A stretch of DNA of 32,000 bases from assembly GCF_000009045.1 (NCBI RefSeq), contig NC_000964.3, forward strand, positions 1,770,001 to 1,802,000, in the 5' to 3' direction. This DNA is from Bacillus subtilis subsp. subtilis str. 168 (GTDB taxonomy: Bacteria > Bacillota > Bacilli > Bacillales > Bacillaceae). The notes under the pieces are model-generated. The model searched no databases. It was given only the letters and a program-made list of their open reading frames with translations, and was not told the DNA's origin. Made by a program: the position numbers and the translations under genes. This document shows positions 11,869-21,205 of this stretch, one piece after another (within the stretch, counting starts at the first letter, position 1; each line of letters opens with the position of its first letter).

Positions 11869-11905
11869 AATTGCCCTCTCATTTTTTTCTTGTTACAATA
11901 AAGCT

Positions 11906-12523
11906 ATGCCAAAACAAATTGACCATGAGAAAAGAAGAAAACAAATTGCAGAAGCAACGTGGCGCGTCATTTTAGAACGAGGGATGGAGGGAGCATCAGC
12001 CAGAAATATTGCAAAGGAAGCAGGATTGTCATTAGGTGCGCTGCGCCATTATTTCTCTACACAGGATGAATTGCTTGCTTTTGCAATGAAACTTGTCCAA
12101 GAAAAGGTAACGGACCGAATTAAGGACATTGCAGTGAGGGATTTGCTCCCTAAGGAAAAAGTGTTGCAAATTTTGCTTGAAATGGTCCCAACGAATGAAG
12201 AAACGATTAGAGAGATGGAGGTTTGGTTTGCTTTTACTGCTTACGCCAGACATAAAAAGGATATGTTTGATGCGAGTCATGACGGGATTTTCAGCGGCAT
12301 GCGGAATCTGATTGCCTATTTAGATGAATCCGATTTACTGAAGCAGAATGCTGATAAAGACATTGAAGCTGAGAGACTTTACGCGCTTGTTGACGGCTTG
12401 GCTTTACATGCCATGCTTGACCCTGTGCGCGTGAATAAAGACCGAATCAAGCGGGTCATTATGCAGCATGTAGAGTCAATTTGCGTGGAAGATACACGTG
12501 AGACACAAAAACGACATCCTTAA
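11906..12523 (+). CDS. pksA: TetR/AcrR-family transcriptional regulator PksA, 205 aa
   Basis: N-terminal HTH RRKQIAEATWRVILERGMEGASARNIAKEAGLSLGALRHYFSTQDELL typical of TetR family; located at the head of the pks cluster. Confidence 0.93.
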   Translation: MPKQIDHEKRRKQIAEATWRVILERGMEGASARNIAKEAGLSLGALRHYFSTQDELLAFAMKLVQEKVTDRIKDIAVRDLLPKEKVLQILLEMVPTNEETIREMEVWFAFTAYARHKKDMFDASHDGIFSGMRNLIAYLDESDLLKQNADKDIEAERLYALVDGLALHAMLDPVRVNKDRIKRVIMQHVESICVEDTRETQKRHP

Positions 12524-12535
12524 GGCACTAGTGTG

Positions 12536-12580
12536 AAAAGCGATTCTTGTTGGGCATGCGTCCAAAAGAGTCGCTTTTTT
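12536..12580 (+). terminator. Rho-independent terminator after pksA
   Basis: AAAAGCGATTCTT...AAGAGTCGCTTTTTT stem with a long loop and T run. Confidence 0.75.
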
Positions 12581-12712
12581 ATTTTCAAAGAACAAGGATC
12601 TCTGAAAAAAATGGAAAACAATCATGCTGTTTGGTAAAGTGGAATGAAAGACGGACTGAGGGGTGAACACTGGTCCATCGTTTAAGAACTTTACATGATA
12701 GGGATGGTATAA

Positions 12713-13390
12713 ATGAATCTTACTTACAAGGTGCATCCAATTAAAACAAGGTATCAGGGCTGGACGAATTATTGCTATATCATTGAAGATATTGTAAGCA
12801 GATCTGCAATTGTTGTTGATCCCTCATGGGAATTGAGTAAGATAACCACTACACTTTCCGAACTCGAAGCGGAATTAAAGGCAGTCGCATTGACACACTC
12901 TCATTATGATCATGTAAATCTGGTAGACCCGCTGACGAAGATGTTTAACGCTCAAGTTTATATGTCGAAAAAAGAAATTGATTATTATCAATTCCGATGC
13001 AGAAATTTAATTAGCCTAGATGATCATCAGACGATCAGCATAGGAAACACAAGAGCACAGTGCCTTCTCACACCGGGGCATACAGCCGGCGGAATGTGTT
13101 ATTTGTTTTCTGAGAGTATTTTTACCGGAGATACGGTGTTTACAGAAGGGTGCGGCATATGTGAGGATGATGGCAGCTCTGCGGAAGAGATGTTTGATAG
13201 CATTCAAAGAATAAAGTCGGAGGTTTCACCCCATGTACGGGTGTATCCTGGTCACTCATTTGGCAAATCGCCCGGCCATTCGATAAAGGATCTTTATCAG
13301 CATAATATTTACTTTCAAATTGATAAGAAAGAATATTTTGTGAAATTTCGCACTCGTAAAAACCAAAAAGGTATTTTTGATTTTAAATAA
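12713..13390 (+). CDS. pksB: Metallo-beta-lactamase-fold hydrolase (glyoxalase II-like) PksB, 225 aa
   Basis: THSHYDH metal-binding motif, TPGHTAGG, FTGDTVF, PGHS; cluster position. Confidence 0.92.
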   Translation: MNLTYKVHPIKTRYQGWTNYCYIIEDIVSRSAIVVDPSWELSKITTTLSELEAELKAVALTHSHYDHVNLVDPLTKMFNAQVYMSKKEIDYYQFRCRNLISLDDHQTISIGNTRAQCLLTPGHTAGGMCYLFSESIFTGDTVFTEGCGICEDDGSSAEEMFDSIQRIKSEVSPHVRVYPGHSFGKSPGHSIKDLYQHNIYFQIDKKEYFVKFRTRKNQKGIFDFK

Positions 13391-13499
13391 TCCTTCTGAA
13401 TCTATTATCCTATTTTTCTTCGAATATCTAAATGATTTTTATTTTCGAAAATGATTACATAGAAGGTGTTATTTATTTTGAAAACTCATTTGAAAGAAA

Positions 13500-13766
13500 A
13501 TGAAGCGCATTATCATGATATGGCGCCCTATATGTAATCCGGGTCTTTTTTCTTATGTTCTGTTATATCTCCTGATCCTTTATTCCTCAATGGAAAAAAG
13601 CAGAAAAACAATGGAGCAAACTGTAGGAAAAATTAACTTGACGGATAATATTTACAGAGGTTACCATCAACATGAACATGCTACTATTTATCCGGTCATC
13701 ACTATTATAAAATCATACAGAAGTGAAACACATCTACTAATCGGAAGGGTGGCTTTGAGAGAATGA
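13500..13766 (+). CDS. Uncertain 88-codon ORF overlapping pksC start by 4 nt (ATGA)
   Basis: Open frame [30 protein letters not shown]...VALRE; TGA at 13764-13766 overlaps ATG 13763. No recognised family; no clear RBS. Confidence 0.2.
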   Translation: MKRIIMIWRPICNPGLFSYVLLYLLILYSSMEKSRKTMEQTVGKINLTDNIYRGYHQHEHATIYPVITIIKSYRSETHLLIGRVALRE

Positions 13767-14629
13767 TCACATATGTTTTTCCAGGTCAGGGTTCACAAAA
13801 ACAGGGAATGGGCAGCGGCCTATTCGATGAATTTAAAGAACTGACGGATCAGGCAGATGAGATCTTAGGATATTCTATCAAACGTCTTTGCCTGGAAAAT
13901 CCTTATTCCAATTTAAACAAAACGCAATTTACTCAGCCGGCATTATATGTGGTAAACGCACTAAGCTATCTGAAAAAAATCAGGGATGAAGAAGTTAAAC
14001 CTGACTTTGTCGCCGGGCACAGCTTGGGTGAATACAATGCGTTATTTGCAGCTGAAGCCTTTGATTTTGAGACAGGTTTACAGCTTGTCAGAAAAAGAGG
14101 CGAGCTGATGAGTCTGATAAGCAACGGCGGTATGGCAGCTGTTATGGGACTAAATGAAGAGCAGGTTGCAAAGGCTCTGAAAGAATATCATTTACATGAT
14201 GTTGATATCGCTAATGTGAATGCCCCATATCAAATTGTAATTTCAGGAAAAAAAGATGAGATTGAAAAAGCCGCATCTCTTTTTGAAACGATGACTGAAG
14301 TTACAATGGTACTCCCCTTAAACGTAAGCGGCGCGTTTCATTCCAGATACATGAATAAAGCAAAAGAAGAATTCGAGGAGTTCCTTCATGCCTTTTATTT
14401 TTCGCCTCCGTCTATCCCGGTTATTTCTAATGTGTATGCCAAACCGTATACATACGAATTCATGAAACAGACGCTGGCTGATCAAATTAATCATTCAGTG
14501 AAATGGACTGACAGCATAAGCTACTTAATGAAAAAAGGCCATATGGAGTTTGAGGAGGTAGGGCCTGGAAATGTTTTAACTGGGTTAATTCATCGCATAA
14601 AGAAAGATGCGGAAGCAATGCCCCGCTAA
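13763..14629 (+). CDS. pksC: Discrete malonyl-CoA acyltransferase (trans-AT) PksC, 288 aa
   Basis: [17 protein letters not shown] nucleophile elbow, KRGELM, AFHSRYM motifs. Confidence 0.95.
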   Translation: MITYVFPGQGSQKQGMGSGLFDEFKELTDQADEILGYSIKRLCLENPYSNLNKTQFTQPALYVVNALSYLKKIRDEEVKPDFVAGHSLGEYNALFAAEAFDFETGLQLVRKRGELMSLISNGGMAAVMGLNEEQVAKALKEYHLHDVDIANVNAPYQIVISGKKDEIEKAASLFETMTEVTMVLPLNVSGAFHSRYMNKAKEEFEEFLHAFYFSPPSIPVISNVYAKPYTYEFMKQTLADQINHSVKWTDSISYLMKKGHMEFEEVGPGNVLTGLIHRIKKDAEAMPR

Positions 14630-15132
14630 AGCATTTGCCCCTATGGCCATGTATCTCATCAATCAGGTCTAAACACAGATTTCCTTTCATTTAAGGTATA
14701 AAGTTTTAAAGATTCAATCGTTCGATTGACACTGTTTCTAATTGAATAACTTTATATACTGTTACATAAAGAGGCTGATAAATTAAGTTAGACATTTGAA
14801 CTATGTCAGCCGGTCTGTCAAACCATCGCTCCCACATCTAGATGGTCCATTTTTAAACCGCACCCACCAATCATAGAGTCGATGTTCTTTGCTGATCCTG
14901 TTATCATGTTACATCAATTTTGAGATATCAACATACATCTACGATCACGTCATAAATGAACCACATCCAGAGCACCAATAGCAATCCTTCCAAGTTGAAT
15001 CTCCTTTACTTTTTCACATATGTCTTTTCCATTTATTAATTTCATTTCAATCGCTGCTATGTGCTTTAACAACATGCATGGAAATGAGAAATCCAATAGC
15101 CGTCATAAATATAAAAAAAGAAGGTTATACAC

Positions 15133-16107
15133 ATGAATGAACCGCTTGTTTTTATGTTTTCCGGGCAAGGTTCCCAATACTATCACATGGGGAAAGAACT
15201 ATTTAAGGAAAATACCGTGTTTCGCCAATCAATGCTTGAAATGGATGCCATTGCAGCACGGCGAATCGGCACATCCATTGTTGAAGAAATCTACCATCCA
15301 GGTAAACGTGTGTCAGATCCGTTTGACAGTATTCTTTTTTCCCACCCCGCCATTTTTATGATTGAGTATTCCTTATATAAGGTTTTGGAAGACAGGGGAA
15401 TTTATCCTGATTACGTATTGGGATCAAGTCTGGGAGAATTCGCAGCAGCGGCAGTTTCTGGTGTGTCAGACGCAGAGGATATGCTGGATTGCATACTTGA
15501 ACAGGCTATTATCATCCAGAATTCCTGCGATAAAGGAAAAATGCTGGCCATTCTTGACAAACCGCAATTGCTGAATGATCATCCGCAACTGTTTGGAAAT
15601 AGTGAACTCATTTCTATCAATTATGATTCGCACTTCGTCATTTCTGGTGAAGAAGATCATATAAGGAAGATTATGGAGGATTTAAAGGAGAAGCAGATTC
15701 TTTGCCAGCTGCTTCCTGTGTCCTATGCCTTTCATTCTTCGCTTATTGATCCGGCAGAGAGTGCCTATGCAGAATTTTTAAGATCAAAATCTTTTCAAAA
15801 ACCGTCAATACCGATTGTATCGAGCTTAACGGGAAGCTGCCTTCACGTAATGGACGAGAATTTCTTTTGGAATGCGGTCAGAAAGCCAATGATGTTTCGT
15901 GAAGCGATTCGATATTTGGAAAGCCAGCATACATGCAAGTTTATCGATTTAGGGCCATCCGGCACCTTAGCTGCTTTTGTGAAACAGCTGATTCCGGGTG
16001 ATTCAGCTGACCGTTGCTGCTCAATCATAACACCATTTCATCAGGAGCTGAAAAATCTGAATACGGTTGAGTATTTCCGTACACCAGAAAGGAAGTTTAC
16101 AAGATGA
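15133..16107 (+). CDS. pksD: Discrete acyltransferase-fold protein PksD, probable proofreading acyl hydrolase, 324 aa
   Basis: [15 protein letters not shown] and GSSLGEF motifs; the AT-conserved Arg of the xRG motif appears replaced (LEQAI). Confidence 0.93.
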   Translation: MNEPLVFMFSGQGSQYYHMGKELFKENTVFRQSMLEMDAIAARRIGTSIVEEIYHPGKRVSDPFDSILFSHPAIFMIEYSLYKVLEDRGIYPDYVLGSSLGEFAAAAVSGVSDAEDMLDCILEQAIIIQNSCDKGKMLAILDKPQLLNDHPQLFGNSELISINYDSHFVISGEEDHIRKIMEDLKEKQILCQLLPVSYAFHSSLIDPAESAYAEFLRSKSFQKPSIPIVSSLTGSCLHVMDENFFWNAVRKPMMFREAIRYLESQHTCKFIDLGPSGTLAAFVKQLIPGDSADRCCSIITPFHQELKNLNTVEYFRTPERKFTR

Positions 16108-18407
16108 TTACATATGTCTTTCCAGGGCAAGGCTCCCAGCAAAAGGGGATGGGACAAGGGCTATTTGAACAGTATCAGCATTTGACAGATCAAGCAGATC
16201 AAATATTGGGCTATTCAATAGAGAAGCTATGTACCGAAAAATCATATCTGGATGTAAATCATACTGAATACACGCAGCCGGCTTTGTATGTTGTTAATGC
16301 ACTCAGTTACTTGAAGAGAGTGGAGGAGACCGGCAGAAAACCTGATTTTGCGGCAGGACACAGCTTAGGAGAATACAATGCGCTGATGGCAGCCGGTGCA
16401 TTTGATTTTGAAACCGGATTAAGGCTCGTCAAAAAAAGAGGAGAATTGATGGGACGAATTACAGGGGGCGGAATGGCTGCTGTGATCGGCCTGAGTAAGG
16501 AACAAGTTACAGCCGTTTTAGAAGAGCACCGTCTTTATGACATTGATGTGGCAAATGAAAATACGCCCCAGCAAATTGTGATTTCTGGCCCGAAAAAAGA
16601 GATTGAAAAAGCTCGGGCTGTTTTTGAAAACACCAAGGATGTAAAGCTGTTTCATCCATTAAATGTGAGCGGAGCTTTTCATTCCAGATATATGAATGAA
16701 GCCAAACAGGTATTTAAGCAATATATTGACTCATTCCAGTTTGCACCTTTGGCGATCCCGGTTATCTCCAATGTCTACGCAGAGCCATACCATCAAGACA
16801 GATTAAAAGATACATTATCTGAACAAATGGACAACACAGTGAAATGGACGGACAGCATTCGTTTTCTGATGGGAAGAGGAGAAATGGAGTTTGCAGAGAT
16901 TGGGCCTGGAACTGTTTTAACCGGTCTCATTCATCGGATTAAAAATGAAGCTGAACCATTGACATATATACCGAAAAAGAACCCCGCGATCAGTGCGCAT
17001 CTAAAGGAGCAACGCAATGTTCAAGCCGGGATTACGGCAGAATCTTTAGGAAGTGCTGAATTTAAACAAGATTATCATCTTACATATGCTTATCTTGCAG
17101 GAGGAATGTACCGCGGCATTGCTTCGAAAGAAATGGTAGTAAAGCTGTCAAGAGCGGGAATGATGGGGTTCTTTGGCACAGGAGGTCTGAGCCTGAAAGA
17201 GGTTGAAGATGCGATCCATGCTATACAAGGTGAATTAGGAAAAGGACAAGCCTACGGCATCAATCTGGTCCACAATATGAAACATACTGAATCAGAAGAA
17301 AAAATGATCGATCTTTTATTGAGGAATCAAGTGAGCATTGTGGAGGCTTCAGCATTTTTAAGTGTCACTCCTGTATTAGTAAGGTATCGCGCAAAAGGAG
17401 TGAAACGAAATCAAAATGGTGACGTTATATGCTCAAATCGTCTCATAGCAAAAATATCACGGCCGGAAGTTGCAGAATCATTTCTGAGTCCTGCGCCTGA
17501 GAATATGCTGCAAAAGCTTTTAGGAGAAAATAAAATCACTATGAACGAAGCTGAGTTGTTGCGGTGCATTCCGATGGCTGACGATATTTGTGTAGAAGCT
17601 GATTCAGGCGGTCATACAGATGGCGGTGTGGCATACAGCCTGATGCCGGCGATGACATCTTTAAGAGATGAAATGATGAAAAAATATCAATACCGGAAAA
17701 AAATAAGAGTTGGTGCAGCTGGAGGAATTGGAACACCTGAGGCAGCGATGGCGGCTTTTATGCTAGGGGCTGATTTTATTCTAACAGGCTCAATCAATCA
17801 ATGTACGGTTGAGGCGGCAACAAGTGATAAAGTAAAGGATTTGCTTCAGCAGATGAATGTACAAGATACAGCCTATGCGCCTGCAGGTGATATGTTTGAA
17901 TCGGGCAGTAAAGTGCAGGTGCTAAAGAAAGGCGTGTTCTTTCCCGCACGGGCAAACAAGTTATATGAACTGTATCAGCGGTATGGGTCTATACGTGAGC
18001 TGGATGCAAAGATGCTGGCCCAGCTTGAGGAGAAATACTTTAAACGCAGTATAGAAGACATATATAAAGATATTGCATTGCATTATCCCGCGGCAGACAT
18101 TGAGAAGGCTGAACAAAACCCGAAGCATAAAATGGCTTTGATTTTCCGATGGTACTTCAGATACAGTTCAAAATTGGCAATCAGCGGAAGCGAACATTCG
18201 AAGGTCGATTATCAAATTCACTGCGGTCCCGCGCTGGGAGCCTTTAATCAATGGGTTAAAGGGTCGCAATTAGAAAATTGGCGAAACCGCCATGTGGATG
18301 AAATCGGGAAAAAATTAATGACAGAAACGGCAGTATTGCTTCATGAACGGATGCAATCGATGTATCAGCCGTCGCATGAAACAGACAACATAAAAATAAA
18401 AGTTTGA
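16104..18407 (+). CDS. pksE: Bifunctional AT + trans-acting enoyl reductase (FMN, PfaD-like) PksE, 767 aa
   Basis: N-terminal AT ([10 protein letters not shown]) closely similar to PksC; C-terminal PfaD/nitronate-monooxygenase-like TIM barrel ([44 protein letters not shown]); 4-nt overlap with pksD. Confidence 0.95.
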   Translation: MITYVFPGQGSQQKGMGQGLFEQYQHLTDQADQILGYSIEKLCTEKSYLDVNHTEYTQPALYVVNALSYLKRVEETGRKPDFAAGHSLGEYNALMAAGAFDFETGLRLVKKRGELMGRITGGGMAAVIGLSKEQVTAVLEEHRLYDIDVANENTPQQIVISGPKKEIEKARAVFENTKDVKLFHPLNVSGAFHSRYMNEAKQVFKQYIDSFQFAPLAIPVISNVYAEPYHQDRLKDTLSEQMDNTVKWTDSIRFLMGRGEMEFAEIGPGTVLTGLIHRIKNEAEPLTYIPKKNPAISAHLKEQRNVQAGITAESLGSAEFKQDYHLTYAYLAGGMYRGIASKEMVVKLSRAGMMGFFGTGGLSLKEVEDAIHAIQGELGKGQAYGINLVHNMKHTESEEKMIDLLLRNQVSIVEASAFLSVTPVLVRYRAKGVKRNQNGDVICSNRLIAKISRPEVAESFLSPAPENMLQKLLGENKITMNEAELLRCIPMADDICVEADSGGHTDGGVAYSLMPAMTSLRDEMMKKYQYRKKIRVGAAGGIGTPEAAMAAFMLGADFILTGSINQCTVEAATSDKVKDLLQQMNVQDTAYAPAGDMFESGSKVQVLKKGVFFPARANKLYELYQRYGSIRELDAKMLAQLEEKYFKRSIEDIYKDIALHYPAADIEKAEQNPKHKMALIFRWYFRYSSKLAISGSEHSKVDYQIHCGPALGAFNQWVKGSQLENWRNRHVDEIGKKLMTETAVLLHERMQSMYQPSHETDNIKIKV

Positions 18408-18468
18408 ATATTATGAAAATATACCTATAAAAATCATTAAAATAATCCCTTGAAGGAGAGAGCGCATT

Positions 18469-18717
18469 ATGGATAAACAGAGAATCTTTGAAGTATTAAT
18501 CACCAATATTTGCGAGGTGCTTCCTGAATTAGACGGACACAGATTTGAGCCTGAAGATCAGTTAGTTGAGCTAGGAGCTGACTCTGTAGACAGAGCTGAA
18601 ATTATCACGATGGTGCTAGAGGATTTATCGTTAAAAATCCCTCGCATTGAGCTATCCGGGGTGAAAAACATCGGTGAATTAGCTGAGGTGCTTTATGACA
18701 AAGTGCAATCTGCCTGA
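18469..18717 (+). CDS. acpK: Discrete acyl carrier protein AcpK, 82 aa
   Basis: LGADSVDRAEII phosphopantetheine attachment motif (Ser codon 18583-18585); AAGGAG RBS. Confidence 0.95.
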   Translation: MDKQRIFEVLITNICEVLPELDGHRFEPEDQLVELGADSVDRAEIITMVLEDLSLKIPRIELSGVKNIGELAEVLYDKVQSA

Positions 18718-19942
18718 GGTGGTGGTGACCGGTGTAGGCGTTACGGCCTCTATCGGTCAAGGGAAAGAGGACTTTGCTTCCTCGCTGCTGTCCGGCAGAC
18801 ATGCCTTTGATGTCATGAAGCGTTCAGGCAGACAAAAAGACAGCCGGTTTATCGGAGCCGAAATTGCGTCATTGTCTTATCCTGACCGACTCTCTAAAAA
18901 AATGTTGCGAAAAGCATCATTCTCCAGCCGCGCTGCATTGGTAACTCTCACAGAGGCTTGGGAGGAGGCTGAATTGGACGATGCAGATTCCTCACGTATC
19001 GGACTGGTTGTTGGCGGATCAAATTTTCAACAGAGAGAAAACTTTGAAGTTTATGAAAGGTATCAAGACCGCTCCGGTTTTATTTCTCCGGCGTATGGTC
19101 TGTCTTTCATGGACAGCGATCTTTGCGGGATATGTACAGATCAGTTTGGCATCACGGGATTAGCATATACGGTGGGAGGAGCTTCGGCCAGCGGCCAGTT
19201 AGCAGTCATTCATGCGATTCAGCAAGTCCTGTCAGGCGAAGTTGATACTTGCATAGCACTTGGTGCTTTAATGGATCTTTCTTATATGGAATGCGAGGCG
19301 CTAAGGGCTTTAGGCGCTATGGGGACGGACAAATATGCTGATGAACCTGAAAATGCGTGCCGTCCCTTCGATCAAAACAGAGACGGGTTTATCTATGGAG
19401 AATCGTGCGGTGCATTGGTAATAGAACGAAAGGAGACGGCTTTACGAAGAGGTCTAAAACCTTATGCAGCATTGTCTGGCTGGTCAATCAAACTGGACGG
19501 AAACCGGAATCCTGATCCTTCATTAGAAGGAGAGATTCATGTCATCCAGAAGGCACTGGAGCGTGCCAGGCTTTTACCAGAAGATATTGATTATATTAAT
19601 CCTCATGGAACAGGCTCTTTTATTGGAGATGAAATAGAATTAAAGGCGCTCCGTGCATGCCGGCTTTCCCATGCTTATATCAATGCAACAAAATCGATAA
19701 CCGGACACGGGCTTAGTGCGGCGGGCATCGTAGAGATTATTTCTGTTTTGCTGCAAATGAAAAAATCTGCCCTGCATCCGAGCAGGAATTTGGATCATCC
19801 AATCGATGATTCCTTTCATTGGGTAAATGAGAAATCGATTTCATACCGCATCAAAAATGCGCTGAGCTTAAGCATGGGGTTTGGCGGAATGAACACCGCG
19901 GTTTGTATACAAAACATTGAGAAATGTGGAGGCGAATCATAA
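18695..19942 (+). CDS. pksF: Ketosynthase-like decarboxylase PksF (Ser in place of active-site Cys), 415 aa
   Basis: KS fold motifs NPHGTGSFIGDEIE, KSITGHGLSAAG; nucleophile region TVGGASASG; overlaps the acpK 3' end by 23 bp. Confidence 0.93.
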   Translation: MTKCNLPEVVVTGVGVTASIGQGKEDFASSLLSGRHAFDVMKRSGRQKDSRFIGAEIASLSYPDRLSKKMLRKASFSSRAALVTLTEAWEEAELDDADSSRIGLVVGGSNFQQRENFEVYERYQDRSGFISPAYGLSFMDSDLCGICTDQFGITGLAYTVGGASASGQLAVIHAIQQVLSGEVDTCIALGALMDLSYMECEALRALGAMGTDKYADEPENACRPFDQNRDGFIYGESCGALVIERKETALRRGLKPYAALSGWSIKLDGNRNPDPSLEGEIHVIQKALERARLLPEDIDYINPHGTGSFIGDEIELKALRACRLSHAYINATKSITGHGLSAAGIVEIISVLLQMKKSALHPSRNLDHPIDDSFHWVNEKSISYRIKNALSLSMGFGGMNTAVCIQNIEKCGGES

Positions 19943-21205
19943 ATGGTTTCAGCCGGAATAGAAGCGATGAATGTCTTTGGCGGAACGGCATACCTTGATG
20001 TCATGGAGCTGGCCAAATACAGACACTTAGATACTGCGAGATTTGAAAATTTATTAATGAAAGAAAAAGCGGTAGCACTGCCTTATGAAGATCCCGTGAC
20101 CTTCGGAGTCAATGCAGCTAAGCCGATTATTGATGCTTTATCTGAAGCAGAGAAGGACCGGATTGAATTGCTGATCACTTGCTCTGAATCCGGGATCGAC
20201 TTTGGGAAATCGTTAAGTACATATATCCATGAATATTTAGGTCTCAACCGCAACTGCCGTTTGTTTGAGGTTAAACAGGCGTGTTATTCAGGGACAGCGG
20301 GATTTCAGATGGCGGTGAATTTTATATTATCCCAGACTTCTCCGGGTGCCAAAGCACTGGTTATCGCCAGTGATATTTCACGTTTTTTAATCGCTGAGGG
20401 CGGAGACGCTTTAAGCGAAGATTGGTCTTATGCGGAACCGAGCGCCGGAGCGGGAGCGGTGGCCGTTTTAGTTGGCGAAAATCCCGAGGTGTTTCAAATA
20501 GATCCCGGAGCAAATGGTTATTACGGCTATGAAGTGATGGACACGTGCCGCCCCATTCCCGACAGTGAAGCGGGAGATTCTGATCTGTCTTTAATGTCAT
20601 ATTTGGATTGCTGCGAACAGACTTTTCTGGAATATCAAAAGCGTGTACCGGGTGCCAATTATCAGGACACGTTTCAATATCTTGCTTACCATACGCCCTT
20701 TGGCGGGATGGTGAAAGGTGCGCACCGGACAATGATGCGTAAGGTAGCGAAGGTGAAAACATCCGGGATTGAGACGGATTTTTTAACTCGGGTAAAACCA
20801 GGTTTAAACTACTGTCAACGGGTTGGAAATATTATGGGGGCAGCCTTGTTTCTGGCATTGGCCAGCACGATAGACCAAGGGAGATTTGATACGCCTAAAC
20901 GAATTGGCTGTTTTTCCTACGGATCCGGCTGCTGTTCTGAATTTTACAGCGGAATTACAACTCCGCAAGGCCAGGAGCGTCAGCGAACATTTGGTATTGA
21001 GAAGCATTTGGATCGCCGGTATCAGCTCTCCATGGAAGAGTATGAGCTATTGTTTAAGGGGAGCGGGATGGTGCGGTTTGGGACGCGCAATGTAAAGCTG
21101 GACTTTGAGATGATACCGGGCATCATGCAGTCCACTCAAGAGAAGCCGCGCTTGTTTTTAGAAGAAATTTCTGAGTTTCATCGGAAGTACAGGTGGATCT
21201 CGTGA
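19943..21205 (+). CDS. pksG: HMG-CoA synthase-like beta-branching enzyme PksG, 420 aa
   Basis: KQACYSGTAGFQMA catalytic Cys region, AYHTPFGGMVKGAHR His region; start abuts pksF stop. Confidence 0.95.
   Translation: MVSAGIEAMNVFGGTAYLDVMELAKYRHLDTARFENLLMKEKAVALPYEDPVTFGVNAAKPIIDALSEAEKDRIELLITCSESGIDFGKSLSTYIHEYLGLNRNCRLFEVKQACYSGTAGFQMAVNFILSQTSPGAKALVIASDISRFLIAEGGDALSEDWSYAEPSAGAGAVAVLVGENPEVFQIDPGANGYYGYEVMDTCRPIPDSEAGDSDLSLMSYLDCCEQTFLEYQKRVPGANYQDTFQYLAYHTPFGGMVKGAHRTMMRKVAKVKTSGIETDFLTRVKPGLNYCQRVGNIMGAALFLALASTIDQGRFDTPKRIGCFSYGSGCCSEFYSGITTPQGQERQRTFGIEKHLDRRYQLSMEEYELLFKGSGMVRFGTRNVKLDFEMIPGIMQSTQEKPRLFLEEISEFHRKYRWIS

Noticed and set aside
13521-13558. Possible attenuator (GGCGCCC...CCGGGTCTTTTTTC) before pksC
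   Set aside because: Only 3-4 bp of pairing precede the T run; too weak to call a terminator.
14773-14811. GGCTGA...TCAGCC hairpin in the pksC-pksD gap
   Set aside because: Six-base stem with a long loop and competing GACAT/ATGTC pairing, no T run; not convincing as a terminator or riboswitch.
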